From positions 1-43,695 of the IMG/VR virus record IMGVR_UViG_3300046788_000415: a stretch of DNA of 43,695 nt, one strand, 5' to 3'. Position 1 is the first letter of the stretch. Every line of letters begins with the position of its first letter. Position numbers and translations under genes: made by a program. This stretch comes from a virus. Its lineage: Duplodnaviria; Caudoviricetes. The notes under the pieces are model-generated. The model saw only the letters and a list, made by a program, of their open reading frames with translations. It had not been told where the DNA came from and ran no database searches. Shown one piece after another: positions 34,297 to 43,337 of this stretch.

Positions 34297-34622
34297 CCGC
34301 CCGGCAGAAGCGCGAGCCGACCGCCCACACCATCGCCGAGATCGAGGCGCGGTTCACGCTGGAGAGTTACTGGTTCGGTGGCACATGGTGCCCGGCCGTG
34401 TACCGCGGCGGCGACTACTTCATCCGTATCGTCCGGTCGGAGAGCCTAACCTTGGGCCACCGCAGCGTCACCTACGACTACTTCCAGGTCGACGCCGACG
34501 GCACGATCACCGTCGCGCCGCGCGGCTACGCCCGGGAGTACAAGCCGGGCCGGGTCACCGACATCGTCGAGGCGTTCGAGCGGTTCGCGACGCCAAGCCC
34601 GACCGCTAGGCGGATCGCGTGA
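34293..34622 (+). CDS. Hypothetical protein
   Basis: GTGA overlap. Confidence 0.7.
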   Translation: MTARQKREPTAHTIAEIEARFTLESYWFGGTWCPAVYRGGDYFIRIVRSESLTLGHRSVTYDYFQVDADGTITVAPRGYAREYKPGRVTDIVEAFERFATPSPTARRIA

Positions 34623-34966
34623 CCGCGCCGACGCCGAACGCCGCGCTGGCGTACGCCGTGCTTGATCAAATCGATGCGCACCCGGATAGCTGGAATCAGG
34701 AAATCTGGGACTGCGGCACGACCGCATGCTTCGCCGGCTGGGCTGTCCGACTGAGCGGCGGAACCTCCGACGGATCCGAGGTGGTCGCAGGCCCAGCCGA
34801 GTTGGTCGGCGAGCACGTCGAGTACGCGGCGTACAAGGCGCTCGGCATCGGCGAGTTCCACAACGCCTGCCAGGACGAGTGGCTGTTCGACGCCGACAAC
34901 GACCGCGAGGATCTCGGCCATCTCGTTGCCGAGATCTTCGGCCCGCGCCCGGACGGTGCCGCATGA
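34619..34966 (+). CDS. Conserved actinophage protein (WNQ..W.CGTTACFAGWA)
   Basis: Recurrent actinophage motif; GTGA overlap. Confidence 0.75.
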   Translation: MTAPTPNAALAYAVLDQIDAHPDSWNQEIWDCGTTACFAGWAVRLSGGTSDGSEVVAGPAELVGEHVEYAAYKALGIGEFHNACQDEWLFDADNDREDLGHLVAEIFGPRPDGAA

Positions 34967-35229
34967 GGACCGTCTTCCGCTACGACGTGCCGGTCGACGA
35001 CCGGCCGCACGAGTTCGAGCTGCGTGGCCCGCTGCTGGCCGTCGGCTGCCGCAAGGCCGATGTCGTCGAGTTCTGGGCCTTGCGGGACACCGCAGTGGTG
35101 GAGTTCGTGCGCACCTACCAGGTGTTCGGCACGGGCCAGCCGGACGTGGATGGCGTGCATCGAGGCACCGCCTACGCGGCAGACGGTCAGTTGGTCTGGC
35201 ACCTGTTCGAGCTGGGCGGTGCCGCATGA
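34963..35229 (+). CDS. Conserved phage hypothetical protein (VFGTG...VWHLFE)
   Basis: ATGA overlap; recurrent motif. Confidence 0.75.
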   Translation: MRTVFRYDVPVDDRPHEFELRGPLLAVGCRKADVVEFWALRDTAVVEFVRTYQVFGTGQPDVDGVHRGTAYAADGQLVWHLFELGGAA

Positions 35230-35474
35230 CCGCCCAGATGCTCACCGTCGCCCGCGCTGAGGCGCTGTTCGCCTCCACCCTATCCGCGTGCGAGCCCCAC
35301 GACCGCGCCGAGCTGAAAGCGGCGATCGCCGCTGCCGTGCGGGAGTACCACGGGGTGAAGGGCTGCGCCGCGCAGATGGCGGCCGAGTTCGGGGAGCACC
35401 CGGAGCAGGCCGCGCAACGGATGCGGTGGGCGACAGCTGCCGCACGGCCGCTCACCCGGGCGGTGGCGCGGTGA
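35226..35474 (+). CDS. Actinomycete-type hypothetical protein (AEALFASTL...GCAAQMAAEFGEHPE..RMRWA)
   Basis: ATGA overlap; recurrent motif. Confidence 0.75.
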   Translation: MTAQMLTVARAEALFASTLSACEPHDRAELKAAIAAAVREYHGVKGCAAQMAAEFGEHPEQAAQRMRWATAAARPLTRAVAR

Positions 35475-35688
35475 TCAGCAGCGAGCACGCCGTGGACCTC
35501 GTCATGCGACACGCCCTGGTCCGCGTGCACTCCGGCGCGATCGGCCACGAAGCCCACGTCATGGCCGAGGGCATCGTCATCGGCTACTGCCCGGCGCCGT
35601 CGCTGCTCATCGAGCACGCCGACGGCACCCAGTCGCCTGGTCGGTGGACCTGCCGATCACCGAGCTACCGGGGATGGCCAATGCCTGA
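35471..35688 (+). pseudogene. Small gene with an apparent 1-bp deletion near 35636 fusing it to the next gene
   Basis: Alternative frame from 35638 reads WSVDLPITELPGMANA-stop with better GC3 and ends in an ATGCCTGA overlap. Confidence 0.55.
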
Positions 35689-35935
35689 GTACGCGAAGCC
35701 CAACACCAGCGCCGACTACCGGGCCTCCGTGCAGGAGTGCCTGGACCGTGCCCAGCGGGCGCTGGAGGTCGCGGAGGTCAACCTCGACACCCTCGCCGGA
35801 AAGATCAACGAGCTTGCCTCCGGGCCGCGCGGCGTGGACCCGGCGATCGTCCTCGGGCACGCGGAAGCGCGGACCCGGCTCGGTCAGGCGTGGGCCGAGC
35901 TCGCCGATTCGAAGGTCTGGGCGGCGGAGGCATGA
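35681..35935 (+). CDS. Hypothetical helical protein
   Basis: ATG 35681 after GGGGA; in frame with the fused ORF. Confidence 0.65.
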   Translation: MPEYAKPNTSADYRASVQECLDRAQRALEVAEVNLDTLAGKINELASGPRGVDPAIVLGHAEARTRLGQAWAELADSKVWAAEA

Positions 35936-36486
35936 GCATCGACCTGGGCTCGTACAACACCGTCGCCGACCGGATGCGCGAGTTCTTCGACCGCTACCCC
36001 GACGGCTGCCTCCGTCCCGCAGCGCCGTGGCGAGTGGAGCAGATCGGCGACAAGGCGTTCGTCGTGTTCGAAGCAGCCGCGTACCGCACCGCCGACGACC
36101 CCAACCCGGGCGTGGGCACGGCGTGGGAGCCGTTCCCCGGCCGCACGCAGTTCACCCGCGACTCGGAGTTGATGAACGCCGAGACGAGCGCGTGGGGCCG
36201 GGCGATCCTCGCCGTCGGCGCGGCCGACACCCGCAAGGGAGTCGCCTCCGCTGAGGAGGTCCGCAACCGGCAGACCCCGGACGAGCCCAGCCCGAGCGAG
36301 GCGTGGGGCATCACCCCAGCGTCGGTGCGGGGCGCCATCGCCCGGGTCGGCCGGGACAAGGGCATGGAGCCCGACGTGCTCGCTGCCGAATTCGAGCAGT
36401 GGTCGAAGGGCGTGCGTATCGGCGTGACCGAAGACGTGCGCCTGCTCGGCGAGTTCCTCAACCACTTGCAGGAGGCGACGGCGTGA
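35932..36486 (+). CDS. Rad52/Sak-like single-strand annealing protein
   Basis: YNTVADRMREF...MNAETSAWGRA motif. Confidence 0.6.
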   Translation: MSIDLGSYNTVADRMREFFDRYPDGCLRPAAPWRVEQIGDKAFVVFEAAAYRTADDPNPGVGTAWEPFPGRTQFTRDSELMNAETSAWGRAILAVGAADTRKGVASAEEVRNRQTPDEPSPSEAWGITPASVRGAIARVGRDKGMEPDVLAAEFEQWSKGVRIGVTEDVRLLGEFLNHLQEATA

Positions 36487-37001
36487 ACCGCTTCGAGCAA
36501 ACCCGTCAGGTTCTGCTGCTGGAAGCCGCCGCCGCAGAGCTGAAGGACCGCGCGGCGCTGGTGCGCGCCGACCTGGCGGCGGCCGCGCGTAAGGAGCACG
36601 AGGAGCAGGGCAGTGCACCGACGTGGCGGTTCCAGGACGTCGGGACGTGGACGCTGCCGCTGTCCCAGCAGGCCGTGTACGTCTCCAACGACGCCGCGCT
36701 GCTGGCGTGGGTGGCCGATCGGCCGGGCTTCGACCCGACCGAGGCCATCGAGACCACCGTCCGGCTCAAGCCCTGGTACGTCGCCGAGCTCCTCCGGCAG
36801 GTCCAGGTGGCCGACGGGCAGGTGATCGACGACGTCGGCACCATCGTGCCCGGCCTGGCGATCAGGGCCGGCGGTGTGCCGGGGACGCTGTCGTTCCGTG
36901 CGGACCCGCTCGCCAAGGTCCTCGCCGGGCAGGCGGCCGGGAAGCTCGTCGACGAGCTTGCCGCCGGGCTGGGCATCGAGGTGCCCGATGAAGCGCGGTA
37001 G
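36483..37001 (+). CDS. Hypothetical protein next to the annealase
   Basis: GTGA overlap; DAALLAWV...GTIVPGLAI pattern seen in recombination modules. Confidence 0.7.
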   Translation: MNRFEQTRQVLLLEAAAAELKDRAALVRADLAAAARKEHEEQGSAPTWRFQDVGTWTLPLSQQAVYVSNDAALLAWVADRPGFDPTEAIETTVRLKPWYVAELLRQVQVADGQVIDDVGTIVPGLAIRAGGVPGTLSFRADPLAKVLAGQAAGKLVDELAAGLGIEVPDEAR

Positions 37002-37401
37002 CCCGATGCGCCGCACACCGCTGAAGAGCCGCACCCGGTCCACCGGCCCGTCGCGGGACGTCGTCGAGGCCGTGTACGAGCGGGCGGCCTGGTCGTGTGA
37101 GCGCTGCGGGTCGGTCGTCTTCCCGGTGCGCGGCCTCGACCACCACATCCACCACCGTCGCCCACGGGCGATGGGCGGCACCGATCGCCCGGATACGAAT
37201 CTGCCGTCGAACCTGCTGCTGCTCTGCCCGCCCTGCCACGAGGACATCGAGTCCCACCGCGGTGTGGCGCAGTCGCAGGGCTGGCTGGTGCCGCAGGGCG
37301 ACGACCCGGCGACCGTGGCCGTCCTGCTGCGCCGCGACATCTGGCGCTACCTGACCGTCGACGGGCGGTACTCCACCACACCCCCTCGGGAGGAATCATG
37401 A
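36988..37401 (+). CDS. HNH endonuclease
   Basis: CERCG...HHRRPRAMGG...NLLLLCPPCH. Confidence 0.85.
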   Translation: MKRGSPMRRTPLKSRTRSTGPSRDVVEAVYERAAWSCERCGSVVFPVRGLDHHIHHRRPRAMGGTDRPDTNLPSNLLLLCPPCHEDIESHRGVAQSQGWLVPQGDDPATVAVLLRRDIWRYLTVDGRYSTTPPREES

Positions 37402-37709
37402 CGCTCCGTTCTCCGTTCAGCCCTGCGTTCAACCGCTCCGACGCGAAGCGCCTGGCCGCCGTGATGAAGGTCGTGGCCGAGCCGCAGCGGCTGCGGATCA
37501 TCGCCATGCTCGCCGCGCACGGCCCGCTGACCGGCGCCGAGTTGGGCGCTGCGCTCGGCGACATCCAGCAGCCGACGATGACGCATCACCTGAACGCGCT
37601 CACGACGGCCGGGTTGATCCACGGGCGTAAGGAGTCCACGGCGATCCGCCGGCATCTCGATGCCAATGCCCTCGCTAACCTCGCAGGTCTGCTGAGTGGC
37701 GAGCGGTGA
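37398..37709 (+). CDS. ArsR-family HTH regulator
   Basis: KVVAEPQRLRII...QQPTMTHHLNALTTAGLI. Confidence 0.82.
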   Translation: MTLRSPFSPAFNRSDAKRLAAVMKVVAEPQRLRIIAMLAAHGPLTGAELGAALGDIQQPTMTHHLNALTTAGLIHGRKESTAIRRHLDANALANLAGLLSGER

Positions 37710-37903
37710 GCGCCCAGGACCCGGGTGCCGCGACCAGCCAGCAGCCGTACGAGCCGACCAGCTACCGGAAGTGCCCGGCGTGTGCGGCCGAGATCGGCGA
37801 GCCGTGCCTGTCGATGTCCGGCTGGAATCTCGGCGCCGTACTCGTAATCGCCGACCGTCCGCACGGCTCGCGCAAGCTGCGCGCCGGGGCGGTGAGCAGC
37901 TGA
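37706..37903 (+). CDS. Phage zinc-finger protein
   Basis: CPACAAEIGEPC...PHGSR. Confidence 0.7.
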   Translation: MSAQDPGAATSQQPYEPTSYRKCPACAAEIGEPCLSMSGWNLGAVLVIADRPHGSRKLRAGAVSS

Positions 37904-38169
37904 TGGGCCTGTTCGACCGCAAGATCCACCCCGTGGTCATCACTCCGCCCGCTGACGTCATCCCGACCGAAGCCACCGCGTGGGAACGGGCGGCGATCAG
38001 CGAGATCTGGTTCGCGATCGAGCGCGCCTTCAATGAGGAGGCAAGGCGCGGTGTGGCTCACGACTTCGGTCGCCTGGATCTGGCCATGGAGATCCGCAAC
38101 ATCCTCATACCACCGAAGGAGCCAGTGTTGCGGCCGTCGGTGCCGGTCGTCCCGGGGCGGTCGTCGTGA
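37903..38169 (+). CDS. Hypothetical protein
   Basis: TGATG coupling. Confidence 0.65.
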   Translation: MGLFDRKIHPVVITPPADVIPTEATAWERAAISEIWFAIERAFNEEARRGVAHDFGRLDLAMEIRNILIPPKEPVLRPSVPVVPGRSS

Positions 38170-38414
38170 GCGACGGGCCGATCACGGTGACGGTCAACCT
38201 GACCTCTGCGGCGTTCGAAGACCTGGAGCGCAGTTCCCTCGCAGAGGCGAACACCCGGACCGACGTCGTCAACCGGGCGATCGGGATCTATGCCGCCATC
38301 GGATCGGCCGCGCCCGGCGAGATCCTTTCCATCGCTGATTGCGACGGCGTGTGGCGTCGGGTGCTGGTCCTCCCGAATCGCGGCTGGCGGTTCCGCTGGT
38401 GGTGGTCGTCGTGA
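38166..38414 (+). CDS. RHH-like DNA-binding protein
   Basis: VTVNLT...TRTDVVNRAIGIY. Confidence 0.6.
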   Translation: MSDGPITVTVNLTSAAFEDLERSSLAEANTRTDVVNRAIGIYAAIGSAAPGEILSIADCDGVWRRVLVLPNRGWRFRWWWSS

Positions 38415-38536
38415 GCGACGACCGGGACTACCACAACCTCAAGCCGTGCGGGAACTTCCTGCCGCTGGCCATCCTGCTGACCCTGTTCTACGCGCTGCCC
38501 CGGTACGCGTACGACTGCATGAGGGGACGACCGTGA
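38411..38536 (+). CDS. Small membrane peptide
   Basis: GTGA overlaps at both ends; hydrophobic core. Confidence 0.5.
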   Translation: MSDDRDYHNLKPCGNFLPLAILLTLFYALPRYAYDCMRGRP

Positions 38537-38820
38537 CCGACGAGCAGGTACTGAAGGCTGCGGGCGCGCCGTCCGGCGAGTCCACCTCGGCGCGGCTACG
38601 GCAGGCACTGCAGGACCTCGCCGCGTCGCAGGCCGACCTGACCCGCGTCGAAACCGAGATGGCCGCCTGGCAGGGGATCTTGGACCGCGTCACGCGGGAA
38701 CGCGACTCCCTGGCCCGCCGGTGCGGCGTCCGTTTCGAGGAGGCGCAGCTTCTCCGAGCCGAACTGGCCAGCGCACGCAAAGAGCTGGATCTCCTGCGCG
38801 GAGGTGCGCGTCATGGCTGA
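38533..38820 (+). CDS. Coiled-coil hypothetical protein
   Basis: SD GAGGGG; heptad pattern. Confidence 0.68.
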   Translation: MTDEQVLKAAGAPSGESTSARLRQALQDLAASQADLTRVETEMAAWQGILDRVTRERDSLARRCGVRFEEAQLLRAELASARKELDLLRGGARHG

Positions 38821-39013
38821 CCTCCTCGACCGCACCGCCCGTCAGGTCCGCCTCGCCGGTGGGATCGTGCACGCCCTGCGCGACGCCGACAGCAGCCCGC
38901 TGGGCGGCCGCCGCTACTGGACGGTGTGCGGACGGATGCTCACCGCCGCCGAGGGTGCGGTGCTCACCACGCACGAGGTGTTCTGCTCCTGCTGCGAACG
39001 GACGATGTCGTGA
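38813..39013 (+). CDS. Small Cys-rich protein
   Basis: SD GGAGG; VH...TVCG...CSCC. Confidence 0.62.
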   Translation: MADLLDRTARQVRLAGGIVHALRDADSSPLGGRRYWTVCGRMLTAAEGAVLTTHEVFCSCCERTMS

Positions 39014-39327
39014 GCGGTGACGTGCAGACCCGGATCGGCGTGTCGTACCTCGACCCCGAGGTGAAGGCCGCCGCGACCCGCTACCTGATCGGCTCGGGGA
39101 ACGCCGACATGCTCATCCCGCTCGGCCTGGTCGACGACCCGATCGCGGCTGAACGCAACCAGGCCAAGGCGGCAGCCCAGATGCACGGCAAGGAACCCAA
39201 GCCGTTACCCACTCCCGCCCGGCCCGGCTATTGCCCGATCTGCCAGAACAAGCTCCCCGGCCACGGCGCGTGCCGCCGGTCGGGCCGGTGTCGCGAGGCC
39301 GCACGGGAGCGAGGTGAGCACGCATGA
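39010..39327 (+). CDS. Hypothetical protein with C-terminal Zn finger
   Basis: CPICQ...H.AC...C. Confidence 0.65.
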   Translation: MSGDVQTRIGVSYLDPEVKAAATRYLIGSGNADMLIPLGLVDDPIAAERNQAKAAAQMHGKEPKPLPTPARPGYCPICQNKLPGHGACRRSGRCREAARERGEHA

Positions 39328-39449
39328 CGCCCATACGGTCGTGTCGCCGGCGGCTCTGGCTGCACTTCGATGACGGCTCATCCGTGCGTGTCCTCGTCGA
39401 TGAGTGCCGGTACTGGCGCCTGGCCTTCCTCGCCGGAGGTGCCCGGTGA
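39324..39449 (+). CDS. 41-aa hypothetical protein
   Basis: ATGA/GTGA coupling, SD GAGGTG; absent from the ORF track. Confidence 0.5.
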   Translation: MTPIRSCRRRLWLHFDDGSSVRVLVDECRYWRLAFLAGGAR

Positions 39450-39760
39450 TCGAGCCGACCGACGAGATGCGCCGGGTCGTGAAGAGCCGCATGGGCATTC
39501 CCGACGGCGTGGAGCTGGACCCGTGGATGGAGGCCGCGATCGGAGATGTCCTCGCCATCGTCGAGCGGGACTACGACGTGCAGCGCCGCACGTCGCACGG
39601 TTGGCCAGCGCGCGTCTGGCCGCTCAATCGTGGCGCTCTTCATCCGCACTACTGCGTGAGCTGCTCTGACGGCCACGCGAAGGGCGACGGCTGCATCAAC
39701 TGCCGACAGACCGGCTACGACCAGACACCCTGGCCGACCTGCGAGGGATGCAAGCCGTGA
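39446..39760 (+). CDS. Cys-rich hypothetical protein
   Basis: Three CxxC pairs; SD GGAGG. Confidence 0.65.
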   Translation: MIEPTDEMRRVVKSRMGIPDGVELDPWMEAAIGDVLAIVERDYDVQRRTSHGWPARVWPLNRGALHPHYCVSCSDGHAKGDGCINCRQTGYDQTPWPTCEGCKP

Positions 39761-39948
39761 GCCGGGCCAAGACGCGCGTCTGCGGCGGCCTGTTCACCCC
39801 CGACCCCGACCTACCCGCCGACCACCAGGGCCGCCGGACCTGCCGGTGCGGGCTGACCGGTGAGGCAGGGGACGCACACCACACCCCGCCCGAACCGGCT
39901 GACGACGTCCAGCGGCGCGCGGCCGGCGAGAGGACGGAGGGGACGTGA
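39757..39948 (+). CDS. Small hypothetical protein (C...CRCG...HH)
   Basis: GTGA coupling. Confidence 0.6.
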   Translation: MSRAKTRVCGGLFTPDPDLPADHQGRRTCRCGLTGEAGDAHHTPPEPADDVQRRAAGERTEGT

Positions 39949-40130
39949 ACGCCTGCAAGAGCGGCAAGAAGCGGTATCGCGACGAGCGGACAGCACTGTT
40001 CGTCCTCGTCGGCCTGCGAGCCAGGCATGTCCTGCGCAGTGACAACCGTCGCCAGGAGCAGCACGCGTACCGATGCCCGTTCTGCCTCGGATGGCATTTG
40101 ACGAGCCAAGCACCGAAGGGAGCCGCCTGA
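39945..40130 (+). CDS. Small phage Zn-binding protein
   Basis: C.SGKKRY...AYRCPFCLGWHLTS. Confidence 0.72.
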   Translation: MNACKSGKKRYRDERTALFVLVGLRARHVLRSDNRRQEQHAYRCPFCLGWHLTSQAPKGAA

Positions 40131-40460
40131 CACCGGCCGAGACCACCCGATCGCGGCCGGGCCGCAATGGGAATACGCACGCTTCGGCAATTTGTGTGGG
40201 TGCGCGAATAGCGAATCAGAGCACGAGGTAATGGTGATCAGGAATACAGAGGAATCCGGCGCGGCGGATGGCGATTCAGCCATTCGCATGCGGCTCTACC
40301 TGGGAGAATGGTCCTGCGCGGGACGGATGCGGCTAACACCCGCCCCGCAGGCCCAATCCGTGATGCCGGAAAGGAGCCCTGGCGACATGCTGCCATGGCA
40401 ACGCCCTCTGTCGCAGGACCGCAACGCCGTGCAATTCCTCACGCGCCCGGCGGTCTGCCG

Positions 40461-41153
40461 ATGACCTGGTTCAAGGTCGACGACAAGCTTCACTCGCACA
40501 GCAAGACCCGCAAGGTACTGGCGGAAGCACCTGTCGCCCTCGCCCTCTGGGTAGTCGCTGGCTCATGGTCTTCGGACAACCTCACCGACGGGTTCGTCCC
40601 CGACCATCAGCTCCCGTGGCTCATCCCCGACGGCGCGGAAGGCATGGCGCGTCAGCTCGTCGCCGCACGGTTCTGGAAGCGGGTGAAAGGCGGCTACCTC
40701 TTCCACGAGTGGGCCGTTGACGCCGACGGAACGAAGCGAAACCCGACCCGCATCGAGGTCGAAGCCGAGCGCAAGAAGAAGGCCGAGGCGGGCCGCAAAG
40801 GTGGCCTGGCCAGCGGGAAAGCACGAAGCAAAGACGAAGCACGTGCTTCAGCACCTGCTTGGCCAGTCGTTGAACCCCCGACCCGACCCGACCCGACCTA
40901 TATAGGGGGCGCTCTAGGCGGTCCACCTACGCCGGGCGCGGGCGAGCCGCCGCCCCCTCGATGCCCCGAACACCTGAACACCCCGAACCCGCCCTACTGC
41001 GGCAAATGCGCAGACGCCCGACGATCCCGCACTGCCTGGGAGGTGGCTGCTGCCATACGGCAGCGCGAGGCCCCGAAGTGCCGACATCACCGAGGACAGC
41101 TCGCCGAGAGCTGCGGGCCGTGCCGATCCGAAGCTCTCGTACGGGAGGCCTGA
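40461..41153 (+). CDS. Replication initiator-like protein
   Basis: MTWFKVDDKLHSH.K...LW..AGSWS..NLTDGFVP; C-terminal CPEH...CGKC. Confidence 0.72.
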   Translation: MTWFKVDDKLHSHSKTRKVLAEAPVALALWVVAGSWSSDNLTDGFVPDHQLPWLIPDGAEGMARQLVAARFWKRVKGGYLFHEWAVDADGTKRNPTRIEVEAERKKKAEAGRKGGLASGKARSKDEARASAPAWPVVEPPTRPDPTYIGGALGGPPTPGAGEPPPPRCPEHLNTPNPPYCGKCADARRSRTAWEVAAAIRQREAPKCRHHRGQLAESCGPCRSEALVREA

Positions 41154-41368
41154 TGACCGAGCTAGTGCGGGCGCGCTGCCGCACCCATCCCAGCGAACCC
41201 GTCTTCACCTGCCGAATGTGCCGCAGCGAAGCCATCGCCGACCGGTCCCGCGAGCCCGAGAACCTGCCCACCGCCAACTTCGCCGACCGCCCACGAGTCC
41301 GCTCCCTGCGCGGCCGGGTGCGCCGCGACGACAACGTCACCACCGTCTCCTTCGGAGGGAAGTCCTAA
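41153..41368 (+). CDS. Small Zn-binding protein
   Basis: CRTH...CRMCRSE; TGATG coupling. Confidence 0.62.
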   Translation: MTELVRARCRTHPSEPVFTCRMCRSEAIADRSREPENLPTANFADRPRVRSLRGRVRRDDNVTTVSFGGKS

Positions 41369-41796
41369 TGGCCCACCTCACCGTGCAGAACGCCGAGATC
41401 AAGACGGCGACCGTTGAAGTTCGGACGCTCACGATCAGCGGTAAACAGGTCACGCTCGCCGTCTTTCGCCAACTGGTCGAGGAGCGATTGATGCTGCCCG
41501 ACGGCAATCTGCGGGGCATTCCGTGGGGTCGAGTCAACTACCACCCCGATAGGGCTTGCTCGCACACCGGGCCGCATGGCGCGTCGGACGGCCGCACCGT
41601 ATTCGACTGGTGCGAAGCCAGCCATATGCACGTCGTCTGGCAGAAGGGGACCGAGCTGCGCCGCAGCCTGCTGTGGAACGCCTGCGCATGCCACAGGCGC
41701 GACGAGGACGACGCGACCCGCACGCAGCGTCTGAGTCGACAGCGAGAGGTCTTCAGGACCATGGCTGACCTGCCTCAACTGTTCATTGCGGTCTGA
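41368..41796 (+). CDS. Conserved phage hypothetical protein
   Basis: KQVTLAVFRQL...PWGRVNYH...HVVWQ...LPQLFIAV. Confidence 0.75.
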   Translation: MAHLTVQNAEIKTATVEVRTLTISGKQVTLAVFRQLVEERLMLPDGNLRGIPWGRVNYHPDRACSHTGPHGASDGRTVFDWCEASHMHVVWQKGTELRRSLLWNACACHRRDEDDATRTQRLSRQREVFRTMADLPQLFIAV

Positions 41797-41829
41797 CAGC
41801 CGCCTCGCCGACGAAGGGACCGAAACCGC

Positions 41830-42189
41830 ATGACCGCCGAGCCCACCCCCGCCCGCACGCCGCTCGCCGAGCGCGTCTACGCCCTGATCTTCAACGGCAT
41901 CACCCACGCCTCGTCCGCGGCCATAGACGACGGCGACTGGATCCGGCTGTCCGAACGCGAGCGCATCGCCCGAGCCGTCTTCGCCGAACTGCGCGCCGGG
42001 AACATCGAGTTCCGGCTCGGACCGCTCGCCCTGCTCGCCGACGCCACCGTGGCCGAGGCACGCCTCGCCGCCGAAACGGAGGCTTCGCGCAACCCCGCCC
42101 ACACCCCGTTCTGTGACGGGACATGCCGCAAGCACCCCTTGGCCAACTGCCCCGCGCAGCCTGTCGACGCTGAAACCGAGGTCTCCTGA
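41830..42189 (+). CDS. Hypothetical protein
   Basis: SD AAGGG; high GC3. Confidence 0.68.
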   Translation: MTAEPTPARTPLAERVYALIFNGITHASSAAIDDGDWIRLSERERIARAVFAELRAGNIEFRLGPLALLADATVAEARLAAETEASRNPAHTPFCDGTCRKHPLANCPAQPVDAETEVS

Positions 42190-42437
42190 TGGCCACACCC
42201 GAGCTGACACCCTGGCTGCGCACCGTCGCGGACCCAATCGACCAAGCCCTCCTCGACGAACTCTTCGGCTATGAGGCCGCGATCGACGGAGAGTTCGCCT
42301 GCTGCCATAGCGGCCCCGCGATCGAGGAGGGCCGGTGCCCCGAGGTCGAGCCGGACAAAGTGCCGGGCGTGCGACTCGTCGGCACCCGGTACGCGCACCT
42401 GCTCGGCTACCGCGAGGAATGGCGGCCGACGCCGTGA
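42189..42437 (+). CDS. Short protein with DUF6221-like C-terminus
   Basis: VRLVGTRYAHLLGYREEWRP resembles the end of the 896-1318 product. Confidence 0.6.
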   Translation: MATPELTPWLRTVADPIDQALLDELFGYEAAIDGEFACCHSGPAIEEGRCPEVEPDKVPGVRLVGTRYAHLLGYREEWRPTP

Positions 42438-42733
42438 CCGACCTGCGCGACCAGCTCGCCGACTTCGAAGCCGCCGCCCGCCGACTCACCGGCCGACCCG
42501 AGCCGATCCCCGTCACTCGCGCCAGCGACCTCGGAGCGCTCCTGCGCGATCTACGCCACCGCGCCGGCCTCAGCCAGCGCACCCTCGCTGGACTCGCCCA
42601 CGTCTCGAAATCGGGGCTGTCCGCCCGCGAGCAACGCTCCGGCATGACCGCCGGCGCCCTCGTCGACCACGCTCGGGCCCTCGGCTACACGCTCGCCTTG
42701 GTGCCGCTCACCCCCGACCGGAGGACCGCATGA
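42434..42733 (+). CDS. XRE-family HTH protein
   Basis: LGALLRDLRHRAGLSQRTLA...SKSGLSARE...ARALGYTLALVP. Confidence 0.78.
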   Translation: MTDLRDQLADFEAAARRLTGRPEPIPVTRASDLGALLRDLRHRAGLSQRTLAGLAHVSKSGLSAREQRSGMTAGALVDHARALGYTLALVPLTPDRRTA

Positions 42734-43026
42734 CGCAACCGATGACGCCCGGCCACGCCTGCGTGAGCTGCGGGCAACCGGACACCGGCAAACGCTGCAA
42801 CCACGTCTGGGACGAGCACGGAGCCTGTCGGAACTGCTCGGCCATCGACTTCGACCAGGCTGACAACTGGCGCCCGCCGTCCGCCCCGTCCAGCGCTCCG
42901 CTGGCGGCCGAACAGCCCCCGGTGGGTGGTAGCGGATGGGTTGAGGTCGAAGAACGCCGCACACGGCGAACCACCGGCAGCCCACGCGAGCCTCACCCGG
43001 GCCAGTTCTTCTGGGGTGAGAGCTGA
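42730..43026 (+). CDS. Cys-rich hypothetical protein
   Basis: SD GGAGG; CVSCG...CNHVW...CRNC. Confidence 0.55.
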   Translation: MTQPMTPGHACVSCGQPDTGKRCNHVWDEHGACRNCSAIDFDQADNWRPPSAPSSAPLAAEQPPVGGSGWVEVEERRTRRTTGSPREPHPGQFFWGES

Positions 43027-43337
43027 TGACCCTCGCCGACCAGATCATCGAGCACGGGCCGTACGCCCAGGACTACCTGATCGGTCCCGGCTTCGCTGGT
43101 CCTCTGCGCTGGCTGCGCGCAGCCGAGCTCAACGAGCTCCGCGACGAGCTGATCGCCGCACGGACGGCACGGGAGCGCCAGCAGCGGTTCCAGGTCGAAG
43201 CCGGAGCCATCGGCGAGGACGGCCAGCTCTGGCTCACCTGCGACCGATGCGGCCACCTGGTCGTCGTCAGCGACGAGCCGCTCACCCTCGCCGAGCTGAA
43301 CCAGCACGCCGACGAACACACGGAGGAATGCCGGTGA
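43026..43337 (+). CDS. Hypothetical protein (CDRC...H...H)
   Basis: TGATG coupling. Confidence 0.68.
   Translation: MTLADQIIEHGPYAQDYLIGPGFAGPLRWLRAAELNELRDELIAARTARERQQRFQVEAGAIGEDGQLWLTCDRCGHLVVVSDEPLTLAELNQHADEHTEECR

Noticed and set aside
40461-40493. MTWFKVDD at the initiator N-terminus as a Prp site
   Set aside because: Lacks L-x-R-H and is the normal motif of this initiator family
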